Below are positions 47,628 to 57,750 of a stretch of 60,502 bases of DNA, one piece after another. The number at the start of each line of letters is the position of its first letter. Position 1 is the stretch's first letter. Position numbers and translations under genes: made by a program. The notes beneath the pieces are model-generated. The model ran no database searches. It was not told the origin of the DNA and was given only the letters and a program-made list of their open reading frames with translations. Origin of the DNA: an uncultured virus (IMG/VR IMGVR_UViG_2061766007_000271) (Duplodnaviria; Heunggongvirae; Uroviricota; Caudoviricetes); the IMG/VR virus record IMGVR_UViG_2061766007_000271. One strand, written 5' to 3'.

Positions 47628-47662
47628 AAAAAGCGACGCTGGAAATCCAGCGTCGCTTTTTT
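47628..47662. terminator. bidirectional terminator
   Basis: AAAAAGCGACGCTGGA/TCCAGCGTCGCTTTTT. Confidence 0.85.
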
Positions 47663-47700
47663 ATTAAAGTTAATTAAAATTCAATAGTTTTATTTTAATC

Positions 47701-48096
47701 TTATGAAACCATTCCTTCTTTTTCCAATTCAATTTTGACTTGACTCACAATGTTTTGCCCAAATTCGTCATAAATAATATCATAATTGTTGGAATAGTCT
47801 TCGTTTATAGTTTTTAGCGTTGTTTCTTCAAATAGATTGTTTTTGTTGAAGAAATCTTTCATTGGTGAGAGCATCTTTTCTTCAATTTTCCAGCCGATTT
47901 CTATCATTTTAGAACCAAGTTTATCTTGGCTTATCCTCTTAAATTTTCCATTCCCATCCATTATGTCGTCCATTGCTTCATTCATCATGCTTCGGATAAA
48001 TCTTTTAACGATTTTCTTTATCACAAAATCATCGGCAGCAACAAGATTTTTTGCAATTCTTATCAATTCCTTCGCAATTTTCACATTCTTGTCCAT
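47701..48096 (-). CDS. low-GC hypothetical protein with shared N-terminal peptide
   Basis: MDKNVKIAKELIRIAKNLVA; AAGGAGA SD. Confidence 0.85.
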   Translation of the reverse strand: MDKNVKIAKELIRIAKNLVAADDFVIKKIVKRFIRSMMNEAMDDIMDGNGKFKRISQDKLGSKMIEIGWKIEEKMLSPMKDFFNKNNLFEETTLKTINEDYSNNYDIIYDEFGQNIVSQVKIELEKEGMVS

Positions 48097-48305
48097 AAAT
48101 CAAATCTCCTTTTATTCTTGTTTGACAAATAAAACATCGTCATTAACATTATACATTAAAATATAAAGAAAATATAAGAAGATTGTGATTTTTGGTTAAG
48201 TTGACTATTTTTTTGAAAAATAAATCGAATAAAAAGAATTTTATTTCCTCTTGGCTTGAATTCGCATATAAGACGAACCATATTATTATCACGGAGAATA
48301 ATGTC

Positions 48306-48722
48306 ATGGGAACCAACTACTATTGCGAAACTGGTCGAATGCTGGACGTGGAGTGCGACTGTGGATTCACGCACAGAATGCCAGAGGTGTTGCACATCGG
48401 GAAGGATTCATATGGCTGGAAATTCATGTTGCACACAATTCCAGAGAAGGGACTCCTTGATTTTAGGAAATGGAGCATGTTGCTTGATTCAAGCCCGAGG
48501 ATATTCGACGAATATGGAGAGGCATTGAGCGTGGACAGGATGAAGAGGCTTATCCTTAAAAAGCCAGCCCGTAGGATGAAGAAAGCCGACAAGGAGCATA
48601 TGAAGGAGACTGCACAGAAGCATGGCTATCTTCTTGACGAGGACTGCTGGCTTTTCAGCGGAAGAAGTGAAAGGCAGGGCAATGACGGGAACTATGCCAT
48701 GGTGGAGGGAGACTTCTCATGA
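48306..48722 (+). CDS. conserved phage protein (MGTNYY...LHIGK.S.GW.F...FS)
   Basis: motif; GGAGA SD. Confidence 0.8.
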   Translation: MGTNYYCETGRMLDVECDCGFTHRMPEVLHIGKDSYGWKFMLHTIPEKGLLDFRKWSMLLDSSPRIFDEYGEALSVDRMKRLILKKPARRMKKADKEHMKETAQKHGYLLDEDCWLFSGRSERQGNDGNYAMVEGDFS

Positions 48723-48961
48723 GCGACGTGTACAAAAAATGGAAGTGGTGCTCCAACTGCAAATACAGGGAGACCCATATAGTCAAAGAGGGAATGGGCG
48801 TCATAATGGGCGTTGACAAATGCTGGGTCTCTGGAAAATGGAGCGACACGCAGTGGGTATATCCATTCATGGATGGCGACCACATTCCCATGGACGAATC
48901 GTGTCCGTACTATGCAGAGGCACTGGTCGAGGAACTGAATTCGAAGGACAGCATGCAATGA
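48719..48961 (+). CDS. Cys-bracketed small protein (CxxC...CPYYAE)
   Basis: family motif; ATGA coupling. Confidence 0.75.
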   Translation: MSDVYKKWKWCSNCKYRETHIVKEGMGVIMGVDKCWVSGKWSDTQWVYPFMDGDHIPMDESCPYYAEALVEELNSKDSMQ

Positions 48962-49299
48962 ACATGGATATATGCAGAAAATGCCCGAAATGGACTGAAA
49001 CAATAGGAGACTGCAACGACTCGATATTCCTCGCAGTCGGATGCTACAGGACAAAGGTCATTCCAAAGGTGCTGTTCACATGCGTTTCAGAAGTCAGGGG
49101 CGTAATGAAAGCCAATCCTGGAATGTGCCTTCCGAAATCCGATTCGCATTTGAGCATTCTCAACGAGAAGATTCTTGCCATACCAGAAGTGGAGAGGGCA
49201 TATGCCACCATCGTCGACGAATTCAGCAATGCCGTCGTCGGCAAGGAATGCGAAAGATATGCGGAGCAGTTCATAACGGAGTGCAACGATGGAGATTGA
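48958..49299 (+). CDS. Cys-bracketed small protein (DICRKCP...CERYAE)
   Basis: family motif. Confidence 0.8.
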   Translation: MNMDICRKCPKWTETIGDCNDSIFLAVGCYRTKVIPKVLFTCVSEVRGVMKANPGMCLPKSDSHLSILNEKILAIPEVERAYATIVDEFSNAVVGKECERYAEQFITECNDGD

Positions 49300-49636
49300 C
49301 TTCTGCAGGAAATGCCCGCACTGGGAGGAATTCATATGCGTTGACAAGAACAGTGCATTTTCCATCATGAGCATGGGATGCAGATGCGATGCCGACAGCT
49401 TCAGTCACATCATCGAGAAGGACAGTTCCTTCATGGAGGAGGCATTGCACATGCATCACAGGAAGTGGTCTGCCTCGTTCAGGAGCAGGGACTTCCACAG
49501 GATTGCTGAAGAGCCATGCATACGCAAGTGGTTCCGCAAGCTTGAAAAGGGCATGCGAAAAAGGAAAGTCCCGAAGGAATGCGAAAGATACGCCGAGCAC
49601 ATGTTGCACAAATGGAACAGGAGCAATGAAGATTGA
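49289..49636 (+). CDS. Cys-bracketed small protein (DFCRKCP...CERYAEH)
   Basis: family motif. Confidence 0.8.
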   Translation: MEIDFCRKCPHWEEFICVDKNSAFSIMSMGCRCDADSFSHIIEKDSSFMEEALHMHHRKWSASFRSRDFHRIAEEPCIRKWFRKLEKGMRKRKVPKECERYAEHMLHKWNRSNED

Positions 49637-49883
49637 AATATGCAGAAACTGCCCGTGCCACTACGGGAGTGCCAAAAAGATGGATGATGGACGCTGGCTC
49701 GTGATGAGCGGATGCAGTGCCATCGGCTATGCATGCGGGTCGAGCCTTGCGTCTGGCAAGGATGAACTGGTGGATGCCGAAAGGCACAGGCTCGACAGCC
49801 AGTTCCTCAACCTTGCGTCCAGCATAGCCAATCTCAAGGACTCGTGCAATTTCTATGCAGAGCACATCGTATGCGGGGAATGA
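49626..49883 (+). CDS. Cys-bracketed small protein (EICRNCP...CNFYAEH)
   Basis: family motif. Confidence 0.75.
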   Translation: MKIEICRNCPCHYGSAKKMDDGRWLVMSGCSAIGYACGSSLASGKDELVDAERHRLDSQFLNLASSIANLKDSCNFYAEHIVCGE

Positions 49884-49886
49884 ACA

Positions 49887-50474
49887 ATGAATGGCTGGAT
49901 GAAAAGATGGCTCACCTGGGTCTGGTGCATCGACACATTCTTCTATTCGCTGGCGTTCCCGATTGTGCACTGCGTGGTCAACAGGCAACTCGACATGATG
50001 CAGTATGCCGTGCCATCCCTGATATTCTCGGCATGCGGAGGACTTCTGAACCTGAAGATAACCGAAAAAGCCACCATGAGGAGAATGTACGACAGGTGGT
50101 TCCTGCAAATCACGCTTCTTGACATGGGGGTGTGGCTGGCGTACTTTTCACTGTGGATGGCTGGCTTCGTGCCAGACAGGTGGTATCCAGTGGCATGCGC
50201 CATAATGCATGTCAGCACCGTGGAGCTGTCGAGGGCAGTGAGAATGGAATTCGAGAACAGACTGTTCCCCAAGTCGGAGGACAGGACGGAATTCGGGAAT
50301 GCATGTGGCATTGCGACGAGGCTGTACAACTCGGTGGCGTGCGTGATATTGATGCTCGCTTGCCTGAAGTCGATGAAACTGGGGCAGGCGATACTGATGT
50401 TCGCAATGATTGTGGACAATCTCGTGTTCATGTGGCTGTGGAGAAGATTCGAATCTGGAAAGCTTGTGATATAA
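49887..50474 (+). CDS. multi-pass membrane protein
   Basis: ~6 hydrophobic segments. Confidence 0.75.
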   Translation: MNGWMKRWLTWVWCIDTFFYSLAFPIVHCVVNRQLDMMQYAVPSLIFSACGGLLNLKITEKATMRRMYDRWFLQITLLDMGVWLAYFSLWMAGFVPDRWYPVACAIMHVSTVELSRAVRMEFENRLFPKSEDRTEFGNACGIATRLYNSVACVILMLACLKSMKLGQAILMFAMIVDNLVFMWLWRRFESGKLVI

Positions 50475-50490
50475 ACCAATTGGAGGATTT

Positions 50491-51219
50491 ATGAAGACGG
50501 CGTATTTTTGCGACAGATGTGGAAGGCAGTTCGATGCGAAAAAGGAGTGTCTTGAGCATGAGGCGAGGCATGCCATGGTAGACAGACTGGAGAGGGAGAA
50601 TCCCCCATTGCACAAAATCGGAGAGCACATTCCCATTCTTGGCAGAATGAGGAAGATATGCTCCATGTCATATGACATCGACAGGGGCTGGCTGTACAAT
50701 CTCGGCTATGACGAGTATCTGCATCCAGTCGACGTGGCTGAAAATGAAGTCGTCGGTTGCATCGCAGATGAAGACGGCATGAATGGCATGGTCAAAATCA
50801 TGGACAGGCAGTTGCTAAAAAGTGGAAAGAAGCAAATGTACGCCGTCGTGGACAAGGATGACGACGGTGAACTGTCATTCCATGTGCGACATGACGAAAA
50901 GTTGCCGTTTGCGTTGAAGCTGGCGAAGACAAGGCTTGCCACACAGAAAAGGGAGGCGCCGAATGAAAGGACGGAGCACATATTGTACTTCCCCGATGTG
51001 CCTGATGTGATCGTTCTGGTCGAATTCTGCACAGATGCACACGATACTGGGAATGCCAGCTTCTTCTGCTATGAGACCGACGGGAAGAAATTCCCGTATC
51101 CGATGAAAATCGCATTGTGCGGGGCAGGAATGTATAATGACATCATGAATGGCAAGACAAAACTTCCAGACGGGCTGGATGTGTCTGGTGCGATAGACCT
51201 GATGGATTTCATATCATGA
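50491..51219 (+). CDS. hypothetical protein with N-terminal C2H2-like finger
   Basis: CDRCG...C..HE..H; GGAGG SD. Confidence 0.8.
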   Translation: MKTAYFCDRCGRQFDAKKECLEHEARHAMVDRLERENPPLHKIGEHIPILGRMRKICSMSYDIDRGWLYNLGYDEYLHPVDVAENEVVGCIADEDGMNGMVKIMDRQLLKSGKKQMYAVVDKDDDGELSFHVRHDEKLPFALKLAKTRLATQKREAPNERTEHILYFPDVPDVIVLVEFCTDAHDTGNASFFCYETDGKKFPYPMKIALCGAGMYNDIMNGKTKLPDGLDVSGAIDLMDFIS

Positions 51220-51599
51220 AAAAAGACAGCAAAAGAAAAGGCGATGTCTGGAAGAGAAAGGGCGGTCCCATGGTGGTGGGGAAGGATGACTCCAGATACG
51301 AGGCATACAGGGAGCATTGGAAAAGGACTGGCATCAGTCCAGACGAGACATGGAACCTGTACTTCACATTCGCATTGATTGCGTTGCCACGCCTGAAGCT
51401 GTTCAGGGAGCAGACCATATGCTGTCCTGCAGACCTCGGCACCATGGACAGATGGCACGAGGTGCTGGACAAGATGATACATGCATTCGAACTGATTGCG
51501 GACGACGAGCATCCATATTCGGAAAAAGAGAATGGATTGCAGGAGGTGGAGGAAGGACTGGACTTGTTCAGGAAATACTATCTTGCGCTGTGGTGGTAG
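51216..51599 (+). CDS. conserved phage protein (W.E.LDKMI.AFE...GLDLF.KYY..LWW)
   Basis: motif. Confidence 0.8.
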   Translation: MKKDSKRKGDVWKRKGGPMVVGKDDSRYEAYREHWKRTGISPDETWNLYFTFALIALPRLKLFREQTICCPADLGTMDRWHEVLDKMIHAFELIADDEHPYSEKENGLQEVEEGLDLFRKYYLALWW

Positions 51600-51630
51600 A
51601 ATAAAAATGCATCAAGGAGGATTGTGAAAT

Positions 51631-52719
51631 ATGGCTGTTGATGAAAGGAACATACTCCAGCTTGCGTTGGAAGGACGGCTCAATGAGGAGCAGGCTGTCG
51701 AATACATAAACAACGCATGTGGCGACGACAGGGAGCTTGCAAGCGAGATTATACAGCGTCTTGCGTCTGCGAGCGTCATGGGCAGGGATGTGCGTGTGGC
51801 AGGGAATCTGCTGGAATGGCTGAAGCAGAAGTGCTCTGGCAACACGGCGTTGAAAGCCGGCATAATCGCATTGATGCTGTCGAATGGAATGCTCAGTGCA
51901 TATGAGGTGCAAAAGGGCGACACATTGTGGAAACTCGGCGGAGGCACTGGTGCTGGCGTGCAACAACTGCTTTATCTGAACCCGTCCGTTTCCGCAGACA
52001 CGGTATTGAAGCCAGGAATGAAGCTGGCATTGCCATCCGAGAAGAAGAATGATGCCACTGAAAAGAAGGATGCAGTCAAAGGCAACACGTACATCGTGGA
52101 GAAAGGCGACACATTCTCTGGCATAGCGAAGAAATTCGGCTTGAAGCTGGAAGAGCTGAAGGCACTCAATCCACAGATACAGAACTATGACAGGCTGGGC
52201 ATAGGGCAGAAATTGAATGTCGAGAAGAAGCAACAGGCGGTCCAGACAAAGACCGACCCGAAGACCGACTATGTGGCGAGGGTGATATACGCCGAGTCTG
52301 GCAATTCCATAGACGAGATGGAGATGATAGCACATCTCATAGTCAACAGGATGAAAAGTGGAATTTTCCCATCCGACGCATACTCCGTCGTCACCCAGCG
52401 CAGGCAGTTCTCATGCACGTCTGGATCCGACGGGAATGTGAAATGGCAGAACTATTCACGCAACCTGAACAAAGCCACGAAAAAGTGCTACGAGCTGGCG
52501 GAAAAGGTGATGAAGGGCGATTCATCTGGAATGAAAGGCGAAGACGGAGCGACATTCTACTGCACGAAAAGCCTTGCCAAAAAGGGCGTAGGCATCGATG
52601 AAGGGGCAGAGGGATTGTCTGGGCAATACGGGCATCCCGAAGCATGGGGGGAATACTCCACATTCACGCCAGTCTGCACTTCGGCGAACCATGTCTTCTA
52701 CAAATGCGACCAGTCATAA
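51631..52719 (+). CDS. LysM x2 + SleB/Hydrolase_2 cell wall hydrolase
   Basis: YEVQKGDTLW, YIVEKGDTFSGIA; ARVIYAESG...VNR...FP...VV.Q..QFS. Confidence 0.9.
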   Translation: MAVDERNILQLALEGRLNEEQAVEYINNACGDDRELASEIIQRLASASVMGRDVRVAGNLLEWLKQKCSGNTALKAGIIALMLSNGMLSAYEVQKGDTLWKLGGGTGAGVQQLLYLNPSVSADTVLKPGMKLALPSEKKNDATEKKDAVKGNTYIVEKGDTFSGIAKKFGLKLEELKALNPQIQNYDRLGIGQKLNVEKKQQAVQTKTDPKTDYVARVIYAESGNSIDEMEMIAHLIVNRMKSGIFPSDAYSVVTQRRQFSCTSGSDGNVKWQNYSRNLNKATKKCYELAEKVMKGDSSGMKGEDGATFYCTKSLAKKGVGIDEGAEGLSGQYGHPEAWGEYSTFTPVCTSANHVFYKCDQS

Positions 52720-52743
52720 AAGATTTATTCATTTTATGAATGC

Positions 52744-52784
52744 AAAAAAAAGAGGTCTGGATTTAATTCCAGACCTCTTTTTTT
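52744..52784. terminator. bidirectional terminator
   Basis: A-run, AGAGGTCTGGA/TCCAGACCTCT, T-run. Confidence 0.85.
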
Positions 52785-52800
52785 AATGGCTATCTATGTT

Positions 52801-54132
52801 TTACGCCTGCTCCCTGTATCCGTACTGGACTATGCAAGTCCATGTGCCAGTTAGGTCGTATCCCTGCTCGAATGTAACCTGGAATGTGCTGTTGGTCAGG
52901 TACTTCACGGTCGGTGCCGTAAGCTCCATCTGGTTGTCATAGACAATCACATTCGGTATGCAGTCCAATGTGTGCGTGAATGTGGCGGTGCTTCCATTCC
53001 ATGACACATTCGTGCCGTTGTTGGCGGTGAACTGAATCTTCTCGCTCGGGGGAAGGAATGTGCTCGGAGTATCTGACAGGTCATTGTAGCTTCCAGTGAA
53101 TGCAACCTGAGAAAGGTCGGCGTTGTCAGCCTTGGTCTGCAATGCAGTGTATATCGCACTTCCTGCCACTGGGCTTGCACTGTTGGAAGTGATTGTGCTG
53201 TCCACGGCGACCTGTGCGTCTGGCGACACGCTGATTGTAATGGATTCATTCGATGCGTCGCCTGCGAGGACGATGCCAGCACCTGCTATGAATGTGACCG
53301 TGGCTGTCTTGGATGATGCAACTACATTGGTCGTCCCGCCGCCTGCAGAGCTCACGGTGATTGTGTTGTACGCATTCTGGTTGACCTCTGCATTCGAGGC
53401 GATGCCATTCAGCTTGGTTTGCAATGCAGTCGTGAAGTCCTCTGTCGAAAGACCCTTGCCTTCCACCTTGTCCACCTTGCCATTTAAGGCGGTATTTACC
53501 GTGGCAGCGACTGCATAGTCGGAAAGGTCGATTGTTCCTGCCAGCACATCCCATGCGGTGCCATTCCATGCAACATTGTCGCCAGCCTTGATGCCATTCG
53601 TGCTGTCGGCACTGACTATGTTGTATACATCGCCCACATTCATTCCCGAATCAGGCAACGCAGAATACGTGTCGACCGAGCTCTTGTACTTGTACACGCC
53701 AGTCAGCTTGGCATTCACCGAGGAAATCTGGCTGTCTACCTCATTCTTGGTGTATGCGACTTCCGAGACTATCGTGCTCACATTGGCTGAAGTGATTTTG
53801 GTGTATCCCCAGCCAGACACGGTGGATGACGTGACATTGGTCGCATTGGAGGCGATTCCATTCAGCTTGGTCTTGAAATCAGTGGTGAAGTCCTCTGTCG
53901 AAAGACCCTTGCCTTCCACGGCATTCACCTTGCTGGACAATGCACTGTATATCGCCTTGCCCTGCACGGCATTGGTGCCATTGGAAGTGATTGTGGAGTC
54001 AATTGTAACGGCAGCGCTTGTGATGGCTTCATTCACAATCGACTGCACATTGGTGGTGAGGGCATAGCTCTCAAGATCGGTTTCGGTGACGTACCTGACA
54101 TTCGCCAGTGTTCTTGCATCGGCAATTTTCAT
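52801..54132 (-). CDS. virion fibre protein (head/tail fibre-like)
   Basis: 2x KV..VEGKGLSTEDFTT..KTKLNGIA; YK.SV.TY..LP...VGD.Y...WNG..WD.L.G. Confidence 0.75.
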   Translation of the reverse strand: MKIADARTLANVRYVTETDLESYALTTNVQSIVNEAITSAAVTIDSTITSNGTNAVQGKAIYSALSSKVNAVEGKGLSTEDFTTDFKTKLNGIASNATNVTSSTVSGWGYTKITSANVSTIVSEVAYTKNEVDSQISSVNAKLTGVYKYKSSVDTYSALPDSGMNVGDVYNIVSADSTNGIKAGDNVAWNGTAWDVLAGTIDLSDYAVAATVNTALNGKVDKVEGKGLSTEDFTTALQTKLNGIASNAEVNQNAYNTITVSSAGGGTTNVVASSKTATVTFIAGAGIVLAGDASNESITISVSPDAQVAVDSTITSNSASPVAGSAIYTALQTKADNADLSQVAFTGSYNDLSDTPSTFLPPSEKIQFTANNGTNVSWNGSTATFTHTLDCIPNVIVYDNQMELTAPTVKYLTNSTFQVTFEQGYDLTGTWTCIVQYGYREQA

Positions 54133-54224
54133 AAGTTGGATTCTCCTTTAAAGAAGTGATTTGTTTCAATTTCAGCAGAATAAAAAATTTCATTCTATTC
54201 TACGATTTAAAATAAATGGAAAAT

Positions 54225-54257
54225 AAAAAAGAGGTGGCGAATTATATTCGCCACCTC
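54225..54257 (-). terminator. intrinsic terminator
   Basis: GAGGTGGCGAA/TTCGCCACCTC + T-run. Confidence 0.8.
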
Positions 54258-54277
54258 CACGGCAAGGAGAATGAATA

Positions 54278-55307
54278 TTATTGCAAATCGGTCAATGCCT
54301 CGGTCGTCATGTTGCCCAACGGCACGCCCATTTCCCTGAATGTCCTGTCAAGCTTCGTCCAGTCTGGCGTCGGGTCGGCAAGCTCCACCGGCAGGAANNN
54401 NNNNNNNNNNNNNNNNNNNNNNNNNNNNNNNNNNNNNNNNNNNCTCGTTGTATGCAAGCACGGACAATTCCTTCTTGTGGTGCGTCAGCTTGTATGACTT
54501 GTCCTTGACATGAGAGAGCAGTTCCTTCGCATCGTTGTTGAACTTCAACATGTCTGGCGCCAACGCCATGGCTGACTCCTCAATCAACTTGTCGAGAGTG
54601 CCGTATTGCGAAATCAGCTTCGCTGCCGTCTTGTATCCGATTCCAGGCACGCCGTATATGGTGTCTGATGTCGCTCCCGACTCGCCAGCAAGAGCACCTA
54701 CGTCAATCCACTGGCTCGCCCTGTCCAGATCGTATTCCTGCTTCAGATACTGCAAGTCCCTGTATTCGTTCTTTCCAGAGTTGTACATCCTCACCTTGTC
54801 CGTCAGCAACTGGAAATAGTCCCTGTCCGTGGTGACAAGCAGAATCTCGTCGAAGTCATCTGCGTATTTCACCGAATAGCTTCCGATGAGATCGTCGGCT
54901 TCCTCGCCCTGCATCCACATCTGGCACACCACGGTCATGTCCGTGAGCTCACGTGCCTTCTTCATCTGCCTGAGGAATTCTATCGCCTTCGCCTTCTCCT
55001 CCTCATCCTCTATCTCATGTGATTCACGCCTCTCCTGCTTGTATGCTTTCGGTATAATACCAGCATTCACCGCCTCGGATGAGATTCTCAGCCTCTCGTC
55101 ATATCCTCCGTCCCAGCAGATGACATACCTGTTCTCGTCGCCATATAGGTTGAAATGGCTTATCAGGTTAGCAAGGTTCCTGAAATACGCAAGAACATAT
55201 GTCATGTCCTCGCCATGTATCGTCCTCATGTCGTTGCTTGTCCCTCCCCATGCACCACGGTAGAAGAAATTTATCCCGTCTATCAGAACCAGTCTTTTCA
55301 TCTTCAA
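54278..55307 (-). CDS. 5'-3' exonuclease / flap endonuclease (PolI N-terminal domain-like), gapped
   Basis: LIDG, WDGG, YK..R, EADD, TTDRDY.QL, SD...GVPGIG.KTA..LI; stop after gap re-read as 54278. Confidence 0.9.
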
Positions 55308-56053
55308 TTATTCTCCTTCTTTTCAAGACCATGCATGTAATGCTCCATGTAGAATGGGCAGTCCCTGTCCACATACAGCGACAGCGATTCAGGAGCATTG
55401 TCGAATGAGGCTCCTATCTCGTCTGGTATGTATATGCTGTTGTCATTTTTGTTCTTCGCCACGATGCCGTGCTGGATGGACAACGCCACGTCATATCTCG
55501 ACGAGATGCTGGAATATCTTTGCATGTTCAAGCCAATGCACTTCCCGCATCTTCTGCATATCGAGAAATCCCCCATCGCATGACCCTGTGGCTCCTCGAA
55601 TTCCTCCAGCTCGAATCCACCGTCGTTGATGGCGACCACCTTGTCTATGACTTCATCCCATATCCTCGAGCAGTCCACCGTGGCAAAAAAGCCCTTCCAT
55701 TTTCTCCAGCCACTGAAGAAGTCCATCATTCTCCGATATGCCATGCCACGCCATTTCCAGTCCAGCTCGCACGCATAGACAACCGTATCAGCATCTGGTT
55801 TTAGTTTCGACGCATCGCTGAAATTCATGAACTCCACGGTTGAACTGCCCGAATGAATCATATTCCTCGCAGTCTTTTCGAATGGGACATGCCTCTGCTC
55901 AAGGAATTTCATCAGCATCGACATCAGCAGTCCATGCCTCCCCTTGGACACGACCAGAAGCCTCTCCGCATTTCCAATGCCGTCAGCCACCCATTCCACG
56001 CACTGACCGACATGACTGCGTCTGTCGCCTATTATCTTCAGTCTCATTCTCAC
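55304..56053 (-). CDS. hypothetical protein with C-terminal Cys-bracketed domain
   Basis: FSICRRCG...CPFYMEH. Confidence 0.75.
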   Translation of the reverse strand: MRMRLKIIGDRRSHVGQCVEWVADGIGNAERLLVVSKGRHGLLMSMLMKFLEQRHVPFEKTARNMIHSGSSTVEFMNFSDASKLKPDADTVVYACELDWKWRGMAYRRMMDFFSGWRKWKGFFATVDCSRIWDEVIDKVVAINDGGFELEEFEEPQGHAMGDFSICRRCGKCIGLNMQRYSSISSRYDVALSIQHGIVAKNKNDNSIYIPDEIGASFDNAPESLSLYVDRDCPFYMEHYMHGLEKKENN

Positions 56054-56799
56054 TGCCTCTTGTTGGCTTCCTTCAGAAGCCCCTCGTAGTCCAGTTTTTT
56101 CTTGCCATCCTTCCTGTAGAGGACATACTCGTCGCCCTCACGCATGTACACGGAATTCCCTATCACATAGCATTCAGCCTTCGACGGGATCTGCCTCTTC
56201 ACATATTCGGAGTAGTCTTTTATCGCACCACGCCTGATAAGCTCCGCACCAGTCAGCCATACCTCGGATGTCTCGCCAAGCTTCAGCTCCTCGTCGGTCA
56301 GGACATTCCTCGTGTCCGTCCTGTCGAACAGTTCCTTCCACCACTTCGCAGTGAATTCATTCTGGTTCCGCATCTCCACCGTCTTGCCCCATGCACCACT
56401 GCTCATCTCGTGGTACATGTAGTCGCAGAATGGGGAGCCATACCTCTCCTGGCAGGCGAATGTAAGCATCCATCCACACGAGTCAGCCATGCCCATGTTG
56501 ATGGCAATCCTGTGCTTGAACTCGAACACCTGCTGGAATATCATGTTCAACGCATGCGCAGCACCGCCATATGAGGCGATGAATATGTGCAGTTCCTTGT
56601 CGTGGTTGGCATTCCTCATGTCTGTGACTATGTCGGTTATCAGCGTGTACGGCTTGCTCCCTGGCATCATGTTGCCAGAAGTCGGCACGTTGAATTCATC
56701 AGTGAATATCAGCTCATAGTGATCTCCCTTGTCCTCGAACCTCATCGGCTGGCTCTTGTACTTGATGTCAGCCAAATCAATCTTTCTTTCCTCTGCCAT
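56050..56799 (-). CDS. clpP: ClpP-like (S14) serine protease
   Basis: IFIASYGG, GMADSCG, YMYHE, VWLT..E....G. Confidence 0.8.
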   Translation of the reverse strand: MAEERKIDLADIKYKSQPMRFEDKGDHYELIFTDEFNVPTSGNMMPGSKPYTLITDIVTDMRNANHDKELHIFIASYGGAAHALNMIFQQVFEFKHRIAINMGMADSCGWMLTFACQERYGSPFCDYMYHEMSSGAWGKTVEMRNQNEFTAKWWKELFDRTDTRNVLTDEELKLGETSEVWLTGAELIRRGAIKDYSEYVKRQIPSKAECYVIGNSVYMREGDEYVLYRKDGKKKLDYEGLLKEANKRQ

Positions 56800-56988
56800 G
56801 CCATTCTCCGTTTCTATATGACCATTATTTTAAAACAACTATGACATAATATGACATGACTTTATCCATAATTCAAGTACGAACAGGATGTTTTCCGCAA
56901 CATAATCGCATGGATTTGATTTTTCGCTTATTTTCCACAGCCATATGCGACAACTGCTTTTGGCACATTTCAAACGGAGACGAAAAAG

Positions 56989-57702
56989 ATGACTTCAAGA
57001 TTCACATGCATGGTACTTGCTGTGGCGATGGCATTCCTTTGCGGATGCGGTCACAACATAGCAGTATATTCCAAGGGAGTCGGATTCGAACTGGCTTGGC
57101 GTCCCAACACGGTGATGCCGTCGGTCAGGTTCGGCTCATATGAGAACCTCGACCTTGTGCAGAAGGAGAACAACCAGGTCAGGTACACGAGCAACAACGG
57201 GGTCGGCTTCGACTGGTTCGGTCTGAGGGCATTGTTCACTGGGGCGAAGACCAACGACGTCGGAATGGGAACAGTCCTCGAAGTAAAGACGGGACCGCAG
57301 ATAAACGGCTATGTCGCCGACGTGCTGATGAACAAGGATGTCAAGCCAGAGCATGTGGAGATAGCAAGGGCTGTCACCAATGTGAAGACCGACCTCGGCG
57401 ACAGGGAGACAAAGGTCAGCCTTGACGGTGCGAAAACCAACCTCACGCCAGTCGTGACAACGGAGAAGGGTGCTTTCGGAAGTGTGACGGTGACTACACC
57501 GACCAACCAGTATACGGAAAAGGCGATACGTGAGCAGGTGAAGACGAACGGGGTGTACGACGTGGCAAGGGCATATGGCTTGTATATCATATGCGGGGTG
57601 ATTGTCCTGATACTGGCTCTGGCATTCGTGATAGTGCATCTCCTTGAGAGGACTGGAGACCTGAAGGAGATGATACGTGACATAAGGGCGATGGTAAAAT
57701 AA
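56989..57702 (+). CDS. lipoprotein with C-terminal TM (u-spanin-like architecture)
   Basis: lipobox FLCG-C, TM LYIICGVIVLILALAFVIV. Confidence 0.6.
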   Translation: MTSRFTCMVLAVAMAFLCGCGHNIAVYSKGVGFELAWRPNTVMPSVRFGSYENLDLVQKENNQVRYTSNNGVGFDWFGLRALFTGAKTNDVGMGTVLEVKTGPQINGYVADVLMNKDVKPEHVEIARAVTNVKTDLGDRETKVSLDGAKTNLTPVVTTEKGAFGSVTVTTPTNQYTEKAIREQVKTNGVYDVARAYGLYIICGVIVLILALAFVIVHLLERTGDLKEMIRDIRAMVK

Positions 57703-57750
57703 AATAAATTTAATTTAATTTTTTATATAATCAAAAGAGGAATTGTCATC

